This document shows positions 30,330 to 35,662 of a stretch of DNA of 55,057 nucleotides, piece after piece (positions within the stretch are counted from its first letter, which is position 1; the number at the start of each line of letters is the position of its first letter). Source of the stretch: Acutalibacteraceae bacterium. Lineage in GTDB: Bacteria; Bacillota; Clostridia; Oscillospirales; Acutalibacteraceae. The stretch lies in contig JAZOWG010000201.1 of NCBI GenBank assembly GCA_045659105.1, positions 1 to 55,057 of the forward strand, in the 5' to 3' direction. Position numbers and translations under genes: made by a program. The notes under the pieces were generated by a model. It was not told where the DNA came from. It saw only the letters and a program-made list of their open reading frames with translations, and searched no databases.

Positions 30330-30458
30330 AAAAAAAGACTTCAGCACATTTTTAGTGTACCAAAGTCTCGTCATTTAAGATATGCCAGACTGAAAACAGC
30401 CATGCATGTTGACATATCACACCAAAAATAGGTGCTAACTACTCCCTCAAGCTCTGTT
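30330..30458 (-). promoter_or_regulatory. Candidate yybP-ykoY (Mn2+) riboswitch with a terminator expression platform
   Basis: The minus-strand RNA reads GAGGGAGUAG...CACC-uauuuuu-GGUG...GUCAACAUGCAUGGCUG-uuuu-CAGUCUGGCAU...UUAAAUGACGAGACUUUGG. An AGACUU...AAGUCU hairpin plus U7 follows and overlaps the 3' closing strand. The call rests on resemblance to remembered consensus blocks (GGGGAGUAG and ..AGCAAGAC..). Confidence 0.55.
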
Positions 30459-30467
30459 ATTAAATAA

Positions 30468-30496
30468 ATAATAACAAAATATGAAAAAGTTGTCAA
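30468..30496 (-). promoter_or_regulatory. Sigma-A-type promoter driving the riboswitch-ATPase transcript
   Basis: On the minus strand, TTGACA (complement of 30491-30496), a 17-nt spacer, then TATTAT (complement of 30468-30473). Confidence 0.55.
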
Positions 30497-30502
30497 GAGA
30501 TT

Positions 30503-31045
30503 TTATTCCTCTGTCTGCTTTCCTAAAAACTGAGATGCTACCTCAGCAAGCTTTATTTCTGCCTGAGAGGGATATTCGTTTTTGTCATTGAAAAGTACTA
30601 TCACACAGCCTGATACGTCACCGTTTCCGAGGATGGGTACAGCTATACAGGCATTCTTTTCAAGTCCTTCAACGGGCGTAAGTGCTGTTTTGTCCATAGC
30701 TGAAGCAATAAATGAGCTTCTGTTTTCCATAACCTTTTCAAGACCAGCTGAAATTCTCTTTTCGAGTGCATCTTTTTTAGGAATACCCATACAGCATACA
30801 ACGTGGTCACGGTCTGTAATCAGTACCGGCATACCCATTGCCTTATAAAGTACCTCACAGTACTGAGATGTGAATTCCTGTAATTCACCCATGGGCGAAT
30901 ATTTCTTGAAAATTACCTCTCCGTCAATGTCGGTATAAATTTCCAGAGGGTCACCCTCACGGATTCGCATTGTTCTTCGTATTTCCTTCGGAATGACTAC
31001 CCTTCCCAGGTCGTCAATCCGTCGGACAATTCCTGTTGCTTTCAT
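30503..31045 (-). CDS. spoVT: Stage V sporulation protein T (AbrB/SpoVT swapped-hairpin N-domain plus GAF-like C-domain)
   Basis: It begins MKATGIVRRIDDLGRVVIPKEIRRTMRIREGDPLEIY and is 180 aa long, typical of SpoVT. Confidence 0.92.
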   Translation of the reverse strand: MKATGIVRRIDDLGRVVIPKEIRRTMRIREGDPLEIYTDIDGEVIFKKYSPMGELQEFTSQYCEVLYKAMGMPVLITDRDHVVCCMGIPKKDALEKRISAGLEKVMENRSSFIASAMDKTALTPVEGLEKNACIAVPILGNGDVSGCVIVLFNDKNEYPSQAEIKLAEVASQFLGKQTEE

Positions 31046-31084
31046 ATATCTTTCTCCTTAAATTACAAATTGTGATGTTAGTAT
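31014..31084. repeat. Direct repeat copy 1 (71 bp): spoVT leader, RBS, ATG and first about 10 codons
   Basis: My hand alignment to 32110-32180 gives 66/71 identical positions, with mismatches at repeat positions 3, 11, 34, 44 and 53. Confidence 0.95.
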
Positions 31085-31115
31085 CTGTATTTTGAGGAGA
31101 TTTATACTGCTTGAA

Positions 31116-31144
31116 TTTACTTTTTATCTCGGTTGTGATATAAT
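31116..31144 (+). promoter_or_regulatory. Sigma-A-type promoter (extended -10) of the TIR gene
   Basis: TTTACT (31116-31121), a 17-nt spacer ending in TGa, then TATAAT (31139-31144). A GGAGGA RBS lies 8 nt before the ATG. Confidence 0.55.
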
Positions 31145-31172
31145 AGATTAAAAAGCTTGGAGGATATAAATA

Positions 31173-31937
31173 ATGGGTTTTTTTGACAAATTAAAAAAAT
31201 CAAAGGGTGGCTATATTTTTCTTTCCCATTCGCACGATGATATTGAAAAAGTAAGAGAAATAAGAAACAGCCTTGAAAAGGACGGCTTTGAGCCGCTTTG
31301 TTTTTATTTAAAATGTCTTGATGATGATAGTGAAATCGAAGATTTAATTAAAAGAGAAATTGATTCACGTGAATGGTTTATCTTCGTTAATAGCGAAAAT
31401 TCCAGAAAGTCTAAATGGGTAACGCTTGAACGTGAGTACATAACGAAAACAAATAATAAAAAAATCATAACAGTTGATATTGATGATGATAACGATGTTT
31501 CTAAAACCATACAAAAGATAACACACAATTTGCGTGTATTTATATCTTATTCATCCGCAGACAGCAAGATCGCAAGAAGAATTAAAGATAAATTAGAAGC
31601 AAAGGACTATCTTGTATTTTTTGCACCTGATAGTATTCCTACTGGCGCTTCCTATGCCAGTGTTATCGTGAATGCGATTACTGAAGCATCGCAAGATGGA
31701 TGTGTTTTGATTTTAATAACCCCGAATTCCGTCAATAGTTCACATATTCTCAATGAAATAGATGTTGCTTTTTCTAAAAAAGGAAATATCATACCCGTGA
31801 TAATAGGTGATGTAAAATTAACCGACATAATGATGTTCTATTTATCCCGACATCAATTTTACAAATTACCTGAAACACCAACAGATGATGAAATCGACAA
31901 AATGATTGAACAGATTGGGCAGGCTATCATTAAATAG
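31173..31937 (+). CDS. Tandem TIR-domain protein (two TIR-like halves, 254 aa, no other domain)
   Basis: Half 1 reads GYIFLSHSHDDIEKVREIRNSLEKDGF...FVNSENSRKSKWVTLEREY. Half 2 reads RVFISYSSADSKIARRIKDKLEAKDY...ITPNSVNSSHILNEIDVAF. Both show the beta-A [FI][LS]S[HY]S motif, a helix alpha-A and a conserved Glu region as in bacterial TIR_2/ThsB-like domains. Confidence 0.8.
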   Translation: MGFFDKLKKSKGGYIFLSHSHDDIEKVREIRNSLEKDGFEPLCFYLKCLDDDSEIEDLIKREIDSREWFIFVNSENSRKSKWVTLEREYITKTNNKKIITVDIDDDNDVSKTIQKITHNLRVFISYSSADSKIARRIKDKLEAKDYLVFFAPDSIPTGASYASVIVNAITEASQDGCVLILITPNSVNSSHILNEIDVAFSKKGNIIPVIIGDVKLTDIMMFYLSRHQFYKLPETPTDDEIDKMIEQIGQAIIK

Positions 31938-31963
31938 AGCAAGAAATTAGTTGCAACACAAAA

Positions 31964-31990
31964 AGCGAGGGAAATTTTTCCCCCGCTTTT
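31964..31990 (+). terminator. Intrinsic terminator of the TIR gene
   Basis: AGCGAGGGAA...TTCCCCCGCT stem (one mismatch) followed by TTTT. Confidence 0.7.
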
Positions 31991-32030
31991 GATATTTATG
32001 AAAAATAGTCAAAACTCCGTTTTTAACCCC

Positions 32031-32107
32031 AATGCGTTCAGTAGGGCAAACCGGCGAAAACCCTGGTGTTTATGCGGTTTTAAGCGGTTTTCCCTATTAT
32101 AACGCAT
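32031..32107. repeat. 77-nt extended imperfect hairpin/inverted repeat abutting the right direct repeat
   Basis: Arm segments ATGCGTT/AACGCAT, TAGGG/CCCTA, AAACCG/CGGTTT and AAAACC/GGTTTT pair in nested order around the loop ctggtgtttatgc. Confidence 0.8.
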
Positions 32108-32141
32108 GCTCGATCCGTCTGACAATTCCTGTTGCTTTCAT
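32097..32141 (-). pseudogene. spoVT 5' remnant (14-codon stump, MKATGIVRRIEHAL*)
   Basis: It lies inside repeat copy 2. The first 10 codons match intact spoVT, then the frame runs into unrelated sequence and a stop. The RBS is degraded (AAGGAG -> AATGAG). Confidence 0.8.
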
Positions 32142-32180
32142 AAATCTTTCTCATTAAATTATAAATTGTGATGTTAGTAT
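32110..32180. repeat. Direct repeat copy 2 (71 bp)
   Basis: See copy 1. The offset between copies is 1096 bp. Confidence 0.95.
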
Positions 32181-32204
32181 TAGCAGGAATTGTTGAAAAA
32201 TTCA
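32175..32204 (-). promoter_or_regulatory. Forespore sigma-G/F-like promoter (probably the ancestral spoVT promoter), now driving only the stump
   Basis: On the minus strand, TGAATT (complement of 32199-32204), a 17-nt spacer, then AATACTA (complement of 32175-32181). The remembered sigma-G consensus is TGAATA-N17/18-CATACTA. Confidence 0.45.
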
Positions 32205-32214
32205 GAAAATATAC

Positions 32215-32246
32215 AAAAAAATGACTGTACCAAAATGATACAGTCA
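32215..32246 (-). terminator. Intrinsic terminator of the 32252-33349 gene
   Basis: The minus strand reads UGACUGUA-loop-UACAGUCA followed by U7. Confidence 0.8.
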
Positions 32247-32251
32247 GAAAT

Positions 32252-33349
32252 TTACATAAGCTTTAAGCCTTTGGCGACGAGGGTTATGAAGTCCTGGACA
32301 TTTGCAACTACGGTTGTTGCGCTGAGGCTTCCTCTGTCGAGGAGCTTATTTACTACGAATTCGTCAATGTCAACAGTGTAGATATACACTGGACGGACGG
32401 TACCGTCTTCCGTAACTCTGAAAGAGGGCGTCATATTGCCTGTTGCAATTGTATGAAGCATTGTAGCCATACAGATAACTGTTGTGGATTTTTTTACAAG
32501 CTTTCGCATCTCATCGGCAGCCTTATATACATCACCGATTACCTCGGGAAGAGGGCCGTCATCACGGATTGAGCCTGCAAGAACAAAAGGAACGTTATTT
32601 TTTACACAGCTGCACATTATGCCGTCATCAAGATTGTAGTCCTTAATAAACTGAGGGATAGAACCGCTTCTGCGTACCTTGTTGCAGATATCAAGGTGAT
32701 TATAATGACCGTTAGGCTGACATTTCTGTGTGTATATATCCTGACCGAGTGCGGTATGAAGCAAAGCACCTTCAAGGTCATGGGTTGCAAGGGCATTTCC
32801 TGCAAGAACACCGTGAGCATAACCGTTATCAATCAGAAGTGACATTGCTTTTCTTGCATCTGCATCAAAGGAGAATGCAGGTCCCATAACCCATATGATA
32901 TTTCCGTGCTCTTTTTCGTATTTAAGAAGCTCGAAAAGATTGTCGTAATCTCTTGAATATGATGTTTCACGGCTTCTGCCCTGACGGAATGTGAACTGAT
33001 CGTGCATTATTTCATCATCGGTTACAAAGCCGTTAGCGTGAAGAAAAATACCTTCCTCGCAGTTTTCGGTTCTTCCGAGAATTACCTTATCACCTCTTCT
33101 GAGATTGCGGGCTTCAACAACCTTTAATTCTCCGTCGGAAGCGATGATGACACAGGAATCCATACGGCTTTCTTTGGCAAGAAGCCACTTCCCTGCAATC
33201 TTGAAATACTCGGGAAACATTGACGTGCTGTGAAAATTTTCGGGAGCAACACCGTCAGTATCCGTTACAGCATATTCGCAGTCGGGTGAATTTATAAATT
33301 TATCCTGAGAAAAATCAGGCGCAATATAGCGGGGCATTGTAAATGACAT
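32252..33349 (-). CDS. LOR/SDH-like TIGR00300-family protein (archaeal-type ornithine cyclodeaminase-like); assignment tentative
   Basis: 365 aa. The motifs GVLAGNALATHDLE and LAGSIRDDGPLPEVI recall the deoxyhypusine-synthase-like fold of this family. This comes from memory only. Confidence 0.45.
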   Translation of the reverse strand: MSFTMPRYIAPDFSQDKFINSPDCEYAVTDTDGVAPENFHSTSMFPEYFKIAGKWLLAKESRMDSCVIIASDGELKVVEARNLRRGDKVILGRTENCEEGIFLHANGFVTDDEIMHDQFTFRQGRSRETSYSRDYDNLFELLKYEKEHGNIIWVMGPAFSFDADARKAMSLLIDNGYAHGVLAGNALATHDLEGALLHTALGQDIYTQKCQPNGHYNHLDICNKVRRSGSIPQFIKDYNLDDGIMCSCVKNNVPFVLAGSIRDDGPLPEVIGDVYKAADEMRKLVKKSTTVICMATMLHTIATGNMTPSFRVTEDGTVRPVYIYTVDIDEFVVNKLLDRGSLSATTVVANVQDFITLVAKGLKLM

Positions 33350-33449
33350 ATTATACTCTCCGTATGCATTTTTATATATTATACTACATGTAACGATTAT
33401 TTCAACATCAAAATATTTATAATTATTATTTCAAATGTTTATATATTTC

Positions 33450-33478
33450 TTGACATTGTTTTTTATTTTTGCTAAAAT
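33450..33478 (+). promoter_or_regulatory. Sigma-A-type promoter of tRNA-Ser(CGA)
   Basis: TTGACA (33450-33455), a 17-nt spacer, then TAAAAT (33473-33478). Confidence 0.7.
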
Positions 33479-33500
33479 AATTAGGTCGTAAGAGATAAGT

Positions 33501-33588
33501 GGAGAGTTGTCCGAGTGGTCGAAGGTGCAGCACTCGAAATGCTGTGTGGGGAAACTCACCCAGGGTTCGAATCCCTGACTCTCCGCCA
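33501..33588 (+). tRNA. tRNA-Ser (anticodon CGA), with encoded CCA
   Basis: It has a GGAGAGT acceptor stem, anticodon loop CTCGAAA between CAGCA/TGCTG, a long variable arm, a GGTTCGAATCC T-arm and a terminal GCCA. Confidence 0.92.
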
Positions 33589-33591
33589 TAT

Positions 33592-33626
33592 AAATCCCGT
33601 TCGGTTATGACGGGATTTTATTTTTA
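33592..33626 (+). terminator. Intrinsic terminator after tRNA-Ser(CGA)
   Basis: AAATCCCGT-loop-ACGGGATTT followed by a T-rich run. Confidence 0.8.
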
Positions 33627-33644
33627 ATTCAGAAAAAGGAAGTG

Positions 33645-33790
33645 AGTTTATGGATACATGCGATAGTAGCACGAATGCGGGCGGCCGAAGTATGTGCTTA
33701 CATTACGATGAATTTATTCACTTAAACTCACCGATGGGCAATTAAGCTTAAGCTTACTTCCCCCGTTCGTTTTTGTGTTGCTCCTGTAAA
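33645..33790 (+). promoter_or_regulatory. Structured mgtE leader; M-box-like ends but a much shorter core (candidate Mg2+ riboswitch variant)
   Basis: GTGAGTTTA (33650-33658) pairs with TAAACTCAC (33723-33731). Alternatively GGAAGTGAG (33647-33655) pairs with CTTACTTCC (33752-33760). The segments AAGUGAGUUUAUGGAUAC... and ...CACUUAAACUCACCGAUGG resemble the 5' and 3' closing segments of the B. subtilis M-box as I remember it. Confidence 0.35.
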
Positions 33791-33826
33791 AAAGGCTTCA
33801 GCCAATACTATTAAGGAGGAATACAG

Positions 33827-35221
33827 ATGGACGAAATAATTGATATTGAAATTGTTGATATCAAGCTGATTGAGAAGGCGCTTGACCTTCTTGAAAATAA
33901 AAATTTTTCCGAGCTTCGTTCTCTGCTTGAAGAACAGAATCCTGCTGATATCAATGACGTTATTGATGAGCTTTCCGATGAAAAATCGGTGCTTATTTAC
34001 AGACTTTTGCCTAAAGAGCTTGCTGCTGAGGTTTTTGTTGAAATGGACAGCGACAAGCAGGAATATTTAATTAATATCTTCAGCGACTCTCAGCTGAAGG
34101 ACGTGCTTGATGAACTTTATTATGATGATACTGCCGATATTATCGAAGAAATGCCTGCAAACGTTGTCAAGCGTATTCTGAAGGTTGCTTCACCCGACGT
34201 GAGAAAAGCGGTTAATGAACTGCTTAAATACCCCGAGGACAGCGCAGGCAGTATTATGACAACAGAGTTCGTAAGACTCAGAAAATCTTATACTGTTGAA
34301 GAATCTCTTGAAATTATAAGAAGCGTCGGTGTTAACAAGGAGACTATTTACACCTGTTATGTAACTGATGACAAGAATCATCTTATCGGTATTGTAACGG
34401 CAAAGGATCTTCTTCTTTCCGAAAGAAGTGAAATTATTGCTGAAATTATGGAGGATAACGTAATTTCCGTTAATACCCTTGCTGATACAGAGAATATTGC
34501 TCTGATGTTCAGTAAATACGACTTCCTTGCTATTCCCGTTGTTGATAACGAGGATCGTCTTGTCGGTATTATCACCGTCGACGATGCTATTGACGTTATG
34601 CAGGAGGAAACGGAAGAGGACTTCTCAAAGATTTCGGCTATTACCCCTAATGATACCGAATATCTTAAGACATCGGTATTCAAGTTATGGGCTTCGCGTA
34701 TTCCCTGGCTTATGATTCTTATGATTTCCGCAACCTTTACGGGAATGATTATATCCAAGTTTGAAAGCGCACTTGCTGTGCTTCCAATTCTTACTGCATT
34801 TATTCCTATGCTTATGGGTACGGGCGGTAATGCCGGCAGTCAGGCTTCGGTTACGGTAATCCGCGGAATTTCACTCGGTCAGGTTGAATTCAGGGACTTT
34901 TTTAAGGTTTTGTGGAAAGAATGCAGGGTTTCACTGCTTTGCGGTATAGTTCTGGGTGTGGCTGCTGTCGGTAAGGTAATGCTCGTTGATAATTTGCTTA
35001 TGAAGAATCCTGAGGTTACTATTTTTGTTGCATTGGTTGTCGGTATTACCTTGTTTGCAACAATAGTTTCCGCAAAAATTATCGGATGTGCACTTCCTCT
35101 GCTTGCAAAAAAGATTGGGCTTGACCCTGCTGTTATGGCAAGTCCCCTGATTACCACTCTTATTGATACGGTGTCACTTCTCGTATATTTCTATTTTGCA
35201 ACAATTATTCTCAATATATAA
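33827..35221 (+). CDS. mgtE: Magnesium transporter MgtE
   Basis: It has an acidic N-domain, tandem CBS domains (HLIGIVTAKDLL and RLVGIITVDDAIDV) and a C-terminal 5-TM domain with the GTGGNAGSQ motif. Confidence 0.95.
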   Translation: MDEIIDIEIVDIKLIEKALDLLENKNFSELRSLLEEQNPADINDVIDELSDEKSVLIYRLLPKELAAEVFVEMDSDKQEYLINIFSDSQLKDVLDELYYDDTADIIEEMPANVVKRILKVASPDVRKAVNELLKYPEDSAGSIMTTEFVRLRKSYTVEESLEIIRSVGVNKETIYTCYVTDDKNHLIGIVTAKDLLLSERSEIIAEIMEDNVISVNTLADTENIALMFSKYDFLAIPVVDNEDRLVGIITVDDAIDVMQEETEEDFSKISAITPNDTEYLKTSVFKLWASRIPWLMILMISATFTGMIISKFESALAVLPILTAFIPMLMGTGGNAGSQASVTVIRGISLGQVEFRDFFKVLWKECRVSLLCGIVLGVAAVGKVMLVDNLLMKNPEVTIFVALVVGITLFATIVSAKIIGCALPLLAKKIGLDPAVMASPLITTLIDTVSLLVYFYFATIILNI

Positions 35222-35228
35222 AAGATTA

Positions 35229-35257
35229 AGGTCTGCTGATGTTAAATCAACAGACCT
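35229..35257. terminator. Hairpin terminator between mgtE and the convergent MIF-like gene
   Basis: AGGTCTGCTGAT-gttaa-ATCAACAGACCT (imperfect) followed by CTTTTTT. Confidence 0.75.
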
Positions 35258-35265
35258 CTTTTTTA

Positions 35266-35610
35266 TCAGAAATTCGAGCCGTTCCAGCCCCAGTCGGTGC
35301 CGCCTTCAAAACGCACGTAAGTTCTTAAAGAAGGTATTCTGAGGGTGTTTTCAAGGTAACTACACAGCAGTCCCGTGAATTTATCCGCAGCTTCTGAGCT
35401 TACCGAACCGAAAAGCTTAACCTCAACAAATGCGCTGTCCTCGGAATTGTCACCCTTGAACCAAATTTTCCTTTTGTCTTCAATATTGCACATAAGCCAG
35501 CTTTCGTTTTTGCCGGGAAAAACCTCAATCATTTTTCCGAGCTCAGACTTTAATGCAGTAGCTTCTGCGTCACTGATGCTTTTAGATAATTTTACGTCAA
35601 TATAGGGCAT
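35266..35610 (-). CDS. MIF/phenylpyruvate-tautomerase-family protein (tautomerase superfamily, Pro-1)
   Basis: 114 aa starting MP-. The C-terminus GLLCSYLENTLRIPSLRTYVRFEGGTDWGWNGSNF parallels the human MIF C-terminus [37 protein letters not shown] (recalled from memory). Confidence 0.75.
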   Translation of the reverse strand: MPYIDVKLSKSISDAEATALKSELGKMIEVFPGKNESWLMCNIEDKRKIWFKGDNSEDSAFVEVKLFGSVSSEAADKFTGLLCSYLENTLRIPSLRTYVRFEGGTDWGWNGSNF

Positions 35611-35662
35611 AATAACTCTCCTTTTAAGAATTTCGGGACTGTATTAACAGTCCCGATTAATA

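Larger units (their letters stand above)
31085..32109. other. Inserted accessory segment (about 1.0 kb) carrying the tandem-TIR gene
   Basis: It is bounded by the two 71-bp direct repeats. It carries its own promoter, RBS and terminator. By eye it is AT-richer than its flanks, with different codon preferences. Confidence 0.7.

Noticed and set aside
31173-31937. Canonical Thoeris (ThsB) assignment for the TIR gene
   Set aside because: No ThsA (SIR2/Macro/TM-SLOG) or any other effector gene lies within the flanking genes. The neighbours are spoVT and a metabolic enzyme.
32031-32107. Integron attC site hypothesis for the hairpin after the TIR gene
   Set aside because: attC needs a 5' RYYYAAC ... 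GTTRRRY 3' arrangement. Here both strands read 5' ..GCGTT ... AACGC.. 3', so GTT is at the 5' side and AAC at the 3' side. No intI or attI is present.
32190-32381. 63-aa plus-strand ORF next to the TIR cassette
   Set aside because: It starts in the terminator/promoter spacer, overlaps the 3' end of the 32252-33349 gene in antisense, and has no RBS.
26627-33588. Genomic island bounded by the two tRNA-Ser genes
   Set aside because: There is no integrase, and no tRNA 3'-end direct repeat downstream. The genes between them (GDPD, ATPase, spoVT, LOR/SDH-like) have host-like codon usage except for the TIR block. The two tRNAs have different anticodons (GGA and CGA).
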